IMG/VR virus record: IMGVR_UViG_3300009181_000042
Coordinates: 1-64,000 of that record
Reading direction: 5' to 3' (one strand)
DNA length: 64,000 nucleotides
Source of the DNA: a virus
How positions within the stretch are numbered: the stretch's first letter is position 1; every line of letters begins with the position of its first letter. A program made the translations under genes and the position numbers. The notes under the pieces were generated by a model that saw only the letters and a program-made list of their open reading frames with translations, ran no database searches and was not told where the DNA came from. Shown here piece after piece: positions 48,531 to 59,400 of the stretch.

Positions 48531-49151
48531 CTAGTCCTCAGCCCAATCGTTATAACTTTCCCACGCTCGGCCATCGCGAAAATATTCTTGTACTGCTGGT
48601 ACGAGTGTATCATTATGGCTTGCAGGGGTGTAGCTGTAGCTGCCATATGCAGAATACCCAGACGGGACTGCTCCGTATATGGGATGCGTACCACCAACTG
48701 CGCCAACTGCGCCAACTGCGCCAACTGCTCCGGTTGCGCCAATTGTGTTGGATGATGTCTGAGGAACTGCTATACCAGTGCTGACTGCGATGATTCCGGT
48801 ATTGGTGAGAATTGACGATGTGGGAGGAAACATCCCTGAGAGTTGACCAAGGTCTACCGTAAGAGTATCTTCTTCCAGATCGTTCCAAAGATCAGTAACT
48901 GTGTCATCTCCGATTGAAAGATTAGCCATCACAGGATCACTGCCGTCGTCAATCATCTTGGTCATGATCTTGCGCATGCTTTGAAGCTCGTGGGTCATAC
49001 GAGCCCGGCTTTCCTGCAGTGCTTCGCGCTGCTTGACATACGCTGCACGCACTGCTTCTTGGTCTTGCTCATTTTGCACAAGCTTGGACTTCAACCGGCG
49101 ATAGCGATTGAAGTAGCTGTCCATGGCTTCCAAGCGTTCTGTGTCGTTCAT
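48531..49151 (-). CDS. Hypothetical protein with coiled coil and short (GAV)n tract
   Basis: Start re-called to MNDTERL (ATGA overlap); 9-bp CCAACTGCG repeats at 48694-48729. Confidence 0.6.
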   Translation of the reverse strand: MNDTERLEAMDSYFNRYRRLKSKLVQNEQDQEAVRAAYVKQREALQESRARMTHELQSMRKIMTKMIDDGSDPVMANLSIGDDTVTDLWNDLEEDTLTVDLGQLSGMFPPTSSILTNTGIIAVSTGIAVPQTSSNTIGATGAVGAVGAVGAVGGTHPIYGAVPSGYSAYGSYSYTPASHNDTLVPAVQEYFRDGRAWESYNDWAED

Positions 49152-49675
49152 GCCTGCTCGTCCTGCCCATACGCTGACCATGGTGTAAATGTCTTGCGAT
49201 CCATGAGATCATGCAGGCTGTGTACCCACACGCCCGGATTGCTAGCTTTGAACCCAGTGTCGTCAATCTTCACGCAGGTATTGTAGTTTCCCAATCCGGC
49301 ATAGGGTATCTTCACGCTGATCTGCGGAATGAACTGTGCATGGCTCATGGCAACCATTTCACAGGCACCTAGCCATTGTGCGATATCAAAATCCAGTGTG
49401 ACCCAATACCCATGATCTAGCAGTGCAGTGCAAAGCTTGTCCCAGCGATCCCAACCAGCTGCATCGTCATATGCAGTCACGTCAAAGCTCTGATTGGCAC
49501 CCAGATAGATGTGCCTACAGACCTTGCGTTCAGCAACACTTACGATGTGCTCAACTGGGTGTACACCCACCACAAACAGCGTGTGTGCACCGCGTTGCGG
49601 AGTGTTTTCTACTTCCATGCCGGTGAAGAACACCACGTCGTTTTTTATACCGTCAACATAATCTCGTTCCATCAC
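49148..49675 (-). CDS. Hypothetical protein coupled to dpdA
   Basis: 175 aa; G.EVE.TP..G..TLFVVG, HIYLGANQSF, KIDD..F..SNPGVW. Confidence 0.75.
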   Translation of the reverse strand: MMERDYVDGIKNDVVFFTGMEVENTPQRGAHTLFVVGVHPVEHIVSVAERKVCRHIYLGANQSFDVTAYDDAAGWDRWDKLCTALLDHGYWVTLDFDIAQWLGACEMVAMSHAQFIPQISVKIPYAGLGNYNTCVKIDDTGFKASNPGVWVHSLHDLMDRKTFTPWSAYGQDEQA

Positions 49676-51333
49676 ATGTCCTCTACTAACATTGAAACAT
49701 CATTGTTGGCATCCATGCCAGTTATACTTTGTAACATCTTCTCATGCTTCATGATTAGATCCATAGGACGTTCGCTAGTGAATATATCATCAACTAGGTC
49801 CTTGAATTCTAATAGGTCGCGTGTGAGATATTCTTTGGCTTCGCTAATAGGCAAGTCCTGACAACGGTTAGCTGCTTGTATAGCGTTGACATGCAGTTCT
49901 GTGTTGTGATTCATTGCCAACAAGTAGCTGAAACCATCCATGCTGCTGGGCCACTTTTCTTGATACTGTCCCAGCGAGTTAGCAAACTGATTGGTGCCAA
50001 GATCAAACAGCCCGCCATTCTCATGGCTGTGGATTTGGTATTCCTTGTATGCTTTGGTCCACTTGAATGGATCGTTAGCTTTGCCTTCTGGCGTGCTTGC
50101 CCAGTATCCGCAGTCGATCTCTTTTTTAGTAAATGCAATCTTCTTGCTTTCGAGATCATCATATCCGCGCACACAGATGTCGCCTACACTCACTCGATCG
50201 CCAATACGGCTGCGCACCGGAACCATCTTCTTAGGTAAGTTAGCAGCCATCCAATCGTTTAGTAGTTGCGGATTGTTCTTGAGCTCTTTACGATCTACAA
50301 TAGGCCCGCCTTTGAAGCTGACATTCTCTGAACTAAGCTCGTGTCCATAATACATTTGTCCTTTGGCAGTCATCACAAACGGGCTTGCTGCGTCAAAGCT
50401 GATGGTTAGCTGAGGGTCAACATGCTTGCGCAGTGCACGTTGCACTGATGTTAGTGCGCAGCCTGCTTTGATCTTGCCGTTACCCAGATAGTGCAACCAC
50501 TCTCGACCTGCTAGATAGTTTTCATCGCGCATGATGATCAAGCGACGCAGGTTGATGGTAAAGTTTGATGCCTGCACGTTAGAGAACGCCCAGCTTTCAA
50601 ACGGCAAGTCTTTGGTTGCATCCCACCATACATCGCCTTCTTCCATGTTACGACCCTGCAACACGTTGAGGAACTTGGTAGCACCCTCTTTGCGATGCTT
50701 GATGAAGAAGTGGTGATTGTCCAAGCTACCAGTCAAGCAGTCATTAAAGCTCTTGAGACTGGGATGCAAGCTGGCACCAGTGACTGGATCTAATCCAAAC
50801 TTAACCAGCGCATACGTGGGCCAATCCAACACCATGCTGTAGTCTGCTGTGGCTTCTAGCCAGCGCAGCAGCTTCATGCGCACATCGTCTTTGTCGCTTT
50901 GATGTTCTTCTGCAGTTTGCTTGGCTTTAGCATGCCATGGATACTTGAGCACGCCTGTGGCTGCTTGGAACCCACCGCTGTCGCCCACCATCACAGTGTT
51001 AGCACGATTGCGCTGCTGTACCATGCGTTCTTGTACCCAGCTCTCAGCTGGGTCAAGTATAGCATGTCCTGCCGAATACAGTGCCACGGGATAGTAAAAC
51101 AAGCTATTAGCAGGATCAAGAAAGTCCAGGTCTTTGAGGCCCTGTGGCAATCCTGCTGGCATCTTGTCACGCATGTTATACTGTACCATGCTTACGATCT
51201 TAGCATAGATCATGCTAATGCTCGGCAAGAACAGTGCATAATCGCTTTGTGTCGCTGCCATGTTGCGCACTTCTGGATTGAACTTGATGTGATCAGTATC
51301 GAAACTGAACCGCTTGAAATCTGGATTTATCAT
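49672..51333 (-). CDS. dpdA: DpdA-like guanine transglycosylase (TGT superfamily)
   Basis: GDSGGFQ, VLDWP, NVLQG, HYLG, SFD, C-terminal HN; lies among folE/queD/queE. Confidence 0.8.
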   Translation of the reverse strand: MINPDFKRFSFDTDHIKFNPEVRNMAATQSDYALFLPSISMIYAKIVSMVQYNMRDKMPAGLPQGLKDLDFLDPANSLFYYPVALYSAGHAILDPAESWVQERMVQQRNRANTVMVGDSGGFQAATGVLKYPWHAKAKQTAEEHQSDKDDVRMKLLRWLEATADYSMVLDWPTYALVKFGLDPVTGASLHPSLKSFNDCLTGSLDNHHFFIKHRKEGATKFLNVLQGRNMEEGDVWWDATKDLPFESWAFSNVQASNFTINLRRLIIMRDENYLAGREWLHYLGNGKIKAGCALTSVQRALRKHVDPQLTISFDAASPFVMTAKGQMYYGHELSSENVSFKGGPIVDRKELKNNPQLLNDWMAANLPKKMVPVRSRIGDRVSVGDICVRGYDDLESKKIAFTKKEIDCGYWASTPEGKANDPFKWTKAYKEYQIHSHENGGLFDLGTNQFANSLGQYQEKWPSSMDGFSYLLAMNHNTELHVNAIQAANRCQDLPISEAKEYLTRDLLEFKDLVDDIFTSERPMDLIMKHEKMLQSITGMDANNDVSMLVEDM

Positions 51334-51338
51334 ATAAC

Positions 51339-51367
51339 AGTATGGCCTATGGCTGTGATCTTGTCAA
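51339..51367 (-). promoter_or_regulatory. sigma70-like promoter (leaderless dpdA)
   Basis: TTGACA-N17-CATACT; ATG 5 nt downstream. Confidence 0.5.
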
Positions 51368-52458
51368 GCATGAGTCAGCGCTTGTTTCAATGCGGTTGCG
51401 TTAAAGAACTTGTTACCAACCTGCTCGGCTTCGGCAAGTGCATGTGCTGCTAGGCTATTGCGCGACATCGCACTGCGAATGTGTGCAACAATCTTGTCTT
51501 TGTTAGCTTGATAGCTGTCCCAGTTCATGGTCCATTCGCTTGGATAGCATTCCGACCACATCTCAGTGTAGCTCAGGCGATCTGGTACCATTGGATACGT
51601 GCCAACCAGCGCAGCTTCATACATGCTGATACCCAGTGTTTCTTGCAAGTTAGCACTGAATGCGATCTTGCTTTCGGCCAAGTGCTTGTGATACTCATTC
51701 TTGCTGAGTTTCTGATCCTGTGCTATGAACCACTCATACTCTGGCATCGTCGCTGCTAGATCCTTGAATATCTCCAGTTGCTTCTCTGGTGCCAAGCGAT
51801 GCGGGAATATGATCTTGTCCTGCTTGGCTGTGCTAGCAAATGGTGCCAGCAATGGTGCCATGTATTCCATGGGCCACCCAGTCAGCTTGAGACGATTGAT
51901 CTCACTGTCCAAACACCCAGTGATGAACTCTTCGGTTTCGTCTTCAGAAAATAGAGTATCTACACCCAGTAGTTCGCGCAAGAACAAGTTGCTGTGGAAT
52001 CGTGTGGCAAACCAATTGGTATCATAGGTATAGAACATGCTGGATTCTGCATTGCGTACCCAAGGCTTATCGCCAACTAGCCGTCCCAAGAAGTCTTGCG
52101 GGTCATAGCTGCCAGCATGCCAAAGACCGTGTATCTCGATCTTTTTGCCAAGCAATTCAGCCATGTAGCGCAGCTGTATCACAGTAGGATTCCACGCATC
52201 AGTGTAGAGGAATTTGTCGCCGTCGTGTATGAGATTCTCACGAAACAGCTGTGCGATGCTCATCAGCTGGCTGCTCTTGTAGATGTTTGTAGCACCAAAA
52301 TCTAAGAACGCACCCGGTGTTGGTGTTGCAGGAACATTGTCCCCTTCGATGATGGCTACATCCGAGCCAACTGCGTCTAGCAGTTCGGGAATGTGTTCAT
52401 ACCACTGGCGTGTGTAGCGAGTGTCAATTGGTTCGATAGGGACGATGTATATGGTCAT
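51364..52458 (-). CDS. GT-B fold (GT4-like) glycosyltransferase
   Basis: FPHRLAPEKQ, QETLGISMYEA (ExxGxxxxE); start re-called to MTIYIVP. Confidence 0.8.
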   Translation of the reverse strand: MTIYIVPIEPIDTRYTRQWYEHIPELLDAVGSDVAIIEGDNVPATPTPGAFLDFGATNIYKSSQLMSIAQLFRENLIHDGDKFLYTDAWNPTVIQLRYMAELLGKKIEIHGLWHAGSYDPQDFLGRLVGDKPWVRNAESSMFYTYDTNWFATRFHSNLFLRELLGVDTLFSEDETEEFITGCLDSEINRLKLTGWPMEYMAPLLAPFASTAKQDKIIFPHRLAPEKQLEIFKDLAATMPEYEWFIAQDQKLSKNEYHKHLAESKIAFSANLQETLGISMYEAALVGTYPMVPDRLSYTEMWSECYPSEWTMNWDSYQANKDKIVAHIRSAMSRNSLAAHALAEAEQVGNKFFNATALKQALTHA

Positions 52459-53012
52459 TTTGGCTCCAGTGTCACGTTTAACTGTTCTAGTATCTCTAGG
52501 TAATGCTGCTCGCCAGCCGACACTTGCTCTAGCCAAGCTTGTCCGGCAGCAGCATCTGCATTATCGCTTATGTACTTGTAAACTTCAACTTCAATGTCTG
52601 CTGCTATAGCTGCTCGGACCACGCTGTATGCTTCCATCTCTACGATATCGCAAGGTGCACGCAGCTTGTGTGGTTCAGTGACAAACAAATCACCACTGGC
52701 ACAGATCTTGCCGTCTCCGCCTAGGTCGATGAAGCTAAGCTCATCTGCGAGATTCTCACAGGGTTGCAGTCCGATTGGTGTGTGGTTCATGTCGTGTTGG
52801 AAGAACTTGCTGCAGCGATAGATACCACTGCTCACTGTTATGCCGCCCGCAGTACCGAGATTGATCACACGTATGGGATCATGCAAGCTGATCAACCGCG
52901 ACGTGTTGACGGCGCTGGCAACTTTGCCAACGCCGATAGCAAACACGTTATCGTAGTTCCTTATGAGATTAGGCGCTTCGCTGGGCAGTGCCAGCAGTAC
53001 CAGATCTCTCAT
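52455..53012 (-). CDS. MTA/SAH nucleosidase-like (PNP_UDP family)
   Basis: GVGKVASA, INLGTAGG, SGD.FV, VEMEAY, ISDNAD. Confidence 0.8.
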   Translation of the reverse strand: MRDLVLLALPSEAPNLIRNYDNVFAIGVGKVASAVNTSRLISLHDPIRVINLGTAGGITVSSGIYRCSKFFQHDMNHTPIGLQPCENLADELSFIDLGGDGKICASGDLFVTEPHKLRAPCDIVEMEAYSVVRAAIAADIEVEVYKYISDNADAAAGQAWLEQVSAGEQHYLEILEQLNVTLEPK

Positions 53013-53428
53013 CAGACTTTCCAGCGCAGAAATGCACCGTTTTCGTCATCTTCGCTGACTTGGATCCAAACTTCTCGGCCTGGATAGCGTGCGGCAATCT
53101 GCTCGTACAGTGCTTCGCTGATCATCTCGCAGCTGCGATAGTTCAGTTCTAGTGTCTTTTCTGCATACAGCTTTTCTAGCCAACGCTTGAATTGGATGAA
53201 CTCGATGTCGCGATCATTGTGTGTGACTGAGATCCATACTTGGAAGTGGAAGATGTGCCTGTGTGGATAGCCTAGGAAACTGACATCATACTCGTCGCCA
53301 GTAGCCAGCGCAGGATCAGTCAGCGCTGCTGGGTACTTGTGGATGCCTTCTTTATGGAATTTAACCCATATCATGCGCGAAGTTGGATCTGTCATTATCA
53401 TTCTCCATTTGATGAACAATAATAACAC
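53012..53428 (-). CDS. Second T-fold (QueD-like) protein, DpdL-like candidate
   Basis: EGIH.YP, LGYPHRHIF, DIEFI, SCEM, VSEDDENGA; start probably a downstream ATG. Confidence 0.6.
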   Translation of the reverse strand: MLLLFIKWRMIMTDPTSRMIWVKFHKEGIHKYPAALTDPALATGDEYDVSFLGYPHRHIFHFQVWISVTHNDRDIEFIQFKRWLEKLYAEKTLELNYRSCEMISEALYEQIAARYPGREVWIQVSEDDENGAFLRWKV

Positions 53429-53447
53429 AGTCTGGCGATCTAATCAA
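53419..53447 (-). promoter_or_regulatory. sigma70-like promoter heading the deazaguanine locus
   Basis: TTGATT-N17-TATTAT with TG extension. Confidence 0.45.
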
Positions 53448-53451
53448 GTGG

Positions 53452-56400
53452 TCAAGTGTCTATAGCTGTTCTCACGCTCTTGATTATCATAGTAGCACTG
53501 GTATTGGGAGTGAACAGCAGTTCAACCATGTTGCTGACTATGTCGGCTTGAAACAGTCCCAAGCTTTGGTTGGTATAGATGTCGCCGTATTCAGTCAAGT
53601 ACACATCGGTGCCATCATGTATCAGCATGACCTGTGTGGCTTGGTAATAGCTATTGGTTGTATCAGTTACCTGTACCATGTAATGCGCAGTCCTAAATGT
53701 TGCTGCAGGCCACGCATCAACAACTTGCTGGAACGTGCTGGTACTAGTATGCGCATTACCGTCAATTACCCAGGTGTTGCCGCTCACATACCCATTGCTC
53801 TGTAGCACCTGTACATTAGCAAATCCGCGTATGTTCAAGCTAGCGCCATTGACAGCGCCGTTGCTTTCAATTCGGCTACCAGTGATCGTGCTGTTAGCTT
53901 GTATCGTAGTATTGCTAGTGACAGTGTTGGCAAGCAGGCTAGTGCCGGCTTGTATCGTAGTATTGCTAGTGACAGTGTTAGCAAGCAAGCTAGTGCCAGC
54001 TTGTATTGTGGTATTGCTGGTGACAGTGTTAGCAAACAGATCGCTGCTAGCTTGTATGGTAGCGTTGCTGAACAAGCTTGCTGCAGTGATAGCATTGCTG
54101 GCTATAACATAGCTAAACTGCGCACTGTTGTTAACAACAATATTGCCTCCGACAAAGAGGTTGCCTATGACGCCTACGCCACCGGCTACAGTCAGTGCAC
54201 CAGTGGTGCTACTGGTTGCAGTGTTGCTACCAAATATGTTGATGTTGCCAGTGAAGTTGCTGAGTTGTCCGCCAACATTGATGTTGCCATCTGTGCCTAT
54301 ACCGCCTAGGGATACTACGCCGCCGCTGTTAGTATCTGTGCTGATGCTTTGTGCGTTTCCAAGCCAGATGTTGCCAAACGTTGCACCGCCATATATGATA
54401 CCTGGGTACAGCGTGATCTCGTTGCTGACATTGAGTTCACCCGGTGCTACGTTGGTCACATATATCAATCGACCAGTGCTGTTGTCATAGCCCATGAACG
54501 CATGATTGAATCCAGCAGTTTCGCCGTTGTACGCCGGATTGTGGTAGTAATCCATCAACACGCCGCGATCATACCCGTCGTCAACAACCAGCGGTGTTCC
54601 ACCTGTGCCAATACCAAGTTCGATCACAGGATCAACGATGGTCAAGCTCTGCACGTTGATAACAGTGGTGTTACCAGACAGCGTTAGGTTACCAGTTACC
54701 GTTAAGTTACCGGATATCGTGCTGTCGCCTACAACATCAATACCGCCGCTGGTGATATAGCTGCGAGTGTTAGCAGTGAAGTTGTTGAATACTGCAGCAC
54801 CATTGCTCTGTATGGTGGTATTGCTGGTCAAGCTGTCTACCACTACAGCACCACTTGTATTCAGTGTAGCACCGAATATGTTGGTATTGCTGATCAGTTC
54901 ATTTACGGTAGCAGTGCCGCCACTCTGTATGGTACCATTGCTGCTGATGCTAGCAAATGTTGCTGCACCGCTGCTGGTTATGGTATCTGTGCTGATCACC
55001 GTGTTCACAGTGAGGCTGCTTGCTTGTGCTGCACCGGTGCTGTTAAATGTAACAGTAGTGATGTTGGTATTGCTGATCAGATCATTGACAGTGGCAATGC
55101 CTGCACTTTGTATGGTGCCATTGCTGGTCAACGAGCCGGTTACTATCTCGCCTGTAGCAGTGATAGCGCTAAATGTAGCAAGCCCGCCGACATCAAATAC
55201 GCCGCCAACGTTTAGGTTGCCACCGATACCCACCCCACCTGCTACAGTGAGTGCACCAGTAGCAGTTGATATGCTAGGTGTGGTCTGGCCAATCACCAAT
55301 CCTTGTCCGTAAACCAATCGAGCCGCTTCGTTGCCAGGACTATCGCCACCTTGAGTAAACACGATGTCGTTGTTGGCCAGCGTGCCCAGTATGAGATTAC
55401 CGCCACCTGTTACTGTGTTGCCGGCTACGTACAAGTATCCGTCGTTAGCACGGTCTACTAAACCCGGTGCGAACGTGCTGCTGTTGATACCCATGTTGAT
55501 ATAGGTATCTGTGCTATTACCATTGTCAGCTGTGACCACGATATCGCCGCTGGCAGCAGTTCCTGGATTGATGTTCTGCAGGTTAAGCTGGGCAAAATCA
55601 TCAACGTTAGCACTGAGCTGTAACACAGTGTTAGGTTGATAAACATATCCAGAGATTATGCCACCATACAGTGCACCGAATCCATAGGTGTCGCCATAGA
55701 ACACACCGCTATTACCAGTTATCTGGTTAACGTTGCCAGTAAGCGTGATGTTACCAGTGATGTTTAGATTACCAACTATGCCAACGCCGCCGTATACAGT
55801 CAGTGCTCCGTTCAACGGCGACGTGCTTTGCACGTTGCTGTTGATGAACACGCTGCTTACGCCCAGGGTTGTGTTGCCGGTGTGCCAAATTAAGCTACCA
55901 CTGTTGCCGCTAAACGTGTTGGCTGCGCCAGCAAACTGTATGGTACCCTGTGTACCATAGCTTGGCGTGTAGAATGCAGCAGTTTCTTGGAACGTACCGT
56001 CTGGGAACAGTATACCGCTGGTAGTGGACGCAGTGTTGCCAATATGTATGTTGCCGTAGATATCAAGTGGGTATTGGACAGTGGCAGTGCCAATACCCAC
56101 GTTAACGTTTGCAATCAGCTGTCGTGCATTTATGTAAGTGCCAGCAGTCACGCTGGTATTGCTTACGATCACGTTGAATTCAGTGATGTTGCTAACGATT
56201 AGATTGCTAGCAGTTATAGTAGCATTGGCAAAGATGTCCTGCGCTATTACTGTGTTGCGTATGTTCAGGCTTTGACCGTTGATCGCACCATTGCTTTCAA
56301 AGCTGCTACCAGTGATAGTGCCATTAGCCTGTATCGTAACATTGCTGGTTATTGTTCTAGCTACCAGGTCGTTGGCAACAGTAACATCGTTAGCAGTTAT

Positions 56401-59400
56401 AGCTGCGTTAACTACCAATGCATTCAGAGTAGCAGTCCCGATACCCTGTATGGTGGTATTGGCAACAAAGCTGTTGACTTGTGCAGCACCTGTGCTGTTG
56501 ATGGTAGCTGTGGTTATGTTGGTGTTGCTAACCAAGCTACCGACTATAGCACCACCAGCGCCAACATTTAAGCTTGCAGTGCTAGTAGCTGTGTTTACAT
56601 TTAAGCTATTGGTGTAACTAACACCAGCAATATTAAGGTTAGCGCTGTAGATGTTGGCATTGCTGATCAGCTGATTGACAGTCGCAGTGCCTGCGCTTTG
56701 TATAGAAGTGTTGCTGGTGATAGACCCGGCTACTAGGTTGCCTGTGACATTGACATTGCTTACAGTGATGGCGGTGTTGACCACTAGTGCATTTACAGTG
56801 GTAGTGCCTGCACTTTGTATAGTTGTATTGCTGTCTATGCCATTGAACACAGCAGCGCCTGTGCTGTTGATAGTAGCTGTGGTTATGTTGTTGTTGCTGA
56901 CCAAGCTATCAACAATAGCACCACCTGCACCTACATTTAAGCTGTTAGTGCTGGTAGCAGCATTCACGTTTAAACTGTTGACCTGTGCCAGTCCAGCAAT
57001 ATTGAGATTAGCACCGTAGATGTTGGCATTGCTGATCAAGCTACCAACAACTGCGCCACCTGCACCAACATTCAGTGATGCAGTGCTAGTGGCGGTGTTT
57101 ACGTTCAGGCTGTTGACTTGCGTCTCACCGGCTATGTTTAAATTAGCGCCGTAGATATTGGCATTGCTGATCAGCTGATTGACAGTAGCCAGTCCTGCAC
57201 TTTGTATGATGCCGTTGCTGTAGACATTGCCCTGCCAAGCAGTGCCGCTGATGTTGAGATTGGCACCTGTGACGTTGGCATTGGCCAATAGCGAATTTAC
57301 CGTAACAGCACCAGCGGCCTGTATAGTAGTGTTGCTGTTAATGCTGTCAAACACTGCAGCGCCAGTGCTGTTGATGCTAGCAGTGGTTATGTTGTTGTTG
57401 CTGATCAAACTATTGACTGTAGCCAGCCCATTCACGTTAACAGTGTCACCGTAGATGTTGTTATTAGCTACTAGCGAATTAACAGTAGTAACACCTGCGC
57501 TTTGTATAGTGGTGTTGCTGGTAATTGCCCCAGCAACCAAGTTGCCTGTGACGCTGATGTTGCTGACGATTATAGCTGTGTTAACTACCAGTGCGTTTAA
57601 AGTAGCAGTGCCTGCACTTTGTATCGTAGTGTTGCTGTCTATGCTGGCAAACACAGCTTTACCGCTACTGCCATAGGTTGCACTATAGATGTTAGTGTTG
57701 CTGACGATGTCTTGTCCGGTGATCAGCGTAGTTGCCTGCACATTAGGCGTGATCACAGCAATATTACCAACCAGTATGTTACCAGTCATGTTATTCAGCG
57801 CTGTGATACCAGCTGATGTAATACTGGTATTGGCAGCTATCAGCAGTGCGCTGATCTGGTTAGTAGCACTTATATTAGTGCTGCTAACTTCGTTGTTTGC
57901 ATGCACAGCGCCGCCGCTTATCAGACCAACTGCACTGATGGCTGCATTAGAATTCAATTGGTTAGCTAAGAGATCTTGACCAAATCTACCAGCACCCGTA
58001 GTGGCTATTTGTCCGGTGGCGTTAACATTGCCACCGATACCAACGCCACCTGTAACTACCAGGGCACCAGTGCTGCTGTTGATGCTTACTGTAGAATTGC
58101 TGAGATATAGCTCGCCAAACTGTGCAGCCCCATATACAAAGCCAGATACGCTCTCAAACGGGTTAAAAACATTGGTAACACCTGGTTGCACGTTGTTTAG
58201 ATATACGAACCTACCTGTGCTGTTTTGCCAGCCCATGAATGCATGGTTGTCTTCAGTCACATAGTAGTGCATGATTATGCCACGGTCGTAACCGTCATTG
58301 CTGGTCAGCGGCGGGTTATTAGCGCTGTCAGATCCTACTTCTATGGTTGGTCCCAACACGCTAATAGTGTTGGTATTAAATATGGTTGTGTTACCAATTA
58401 CAATGAGGTTGCCGTTGATGCGTACATTGCCGTCAAGCAGCGTGTCGCCTAGCACATTGAGATTGCCACCAATACCAACACCGCCTGTGACCACCAATGC
58501 ACCGCTGCTGGTGCTGTAGCTTTCGGTGTTGTTGGTCACGGTTGCCAAGCCGCTAACCGTGAGATTGGCAGTGGTCGTAGACACATTAGCCGTGATAGTA
58601 TTGCCGCTGATACCGTTAAATGCATTGATACCCAGCGCAGTGACACTGGTATTGCTGTTTACAGTCTGGAATAGTGCAGTGCCTGCGCTTTGTATGGTGG
58701 TGTTGCTGGTAATGGTCTGCACTATAGCGTTTGTGATCACGTTCAACGTGCTGGTAACAACAGCAGTATTAACCTGCAGGCTGCTTACGAGAGCGAGATC
58801 GCTGGTCTTGAGAGTGACACCTTCAACAAATCCGTTGCTGCGAAAGTCGCTACCGCTGATTAAACTGCCTGCACTTATGGTTGTGTTACTGACCACAGTC
58901 CTAGCAGTAACCTGCGTGTTGGCCTGAACGAACGTGTTGCTAGTGAGACTGCCAACTACTGCACCACCATCACCAACTGTTAGCGATGCAGTGCTGATAT
59001 CTGCGTTTACATTTAAGCTATTGATGTAGCCACGCCCGGCTATGTTGAGATTGGCACCGTAGATGTTGGCATTGCTGATCAGTGCATTTACCGATGCTGT
59101 ATCTGTGCTTTGCAGATTAGTTGCAACAACGTTGGTATTGCTGTTTAAGCTGTTGACCTGCGCAGCACCTGTGCTGTTTATACTAGCAGTGGTTATGTTG
59201 TTGTTACTGACCAAGCTACCGACTATAGCACCACCAGCACCTACATTGAGACTAGCAGTGCTGGTAGCGGTGTTTACATTCAAGCTATTGATCTGTGCTA
59301 GGCCAGCTATGTTGAGATTGGCACCGTAGATGTTGGCATTGCTGATCAGAGAATTAACTGTGGCAGTATCAGCACTCTGTATAGTCGTGTTGCTGGTTAT

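Noticed and set aside
49672-51333. Call as ordinary tRNA-modifying Tgt for queuosine
   Set aside because: Lacks the CxCxxC zinc motif, is much longer, and no queC/queF/queA is nearby; a DNA-acting DpdA fits better, though tRNA activity is not excluded
53897-54049. Possible CRISPR array
   Set aside because: Contiguous in-frame 51-bp units without unique spacers; no cas genes
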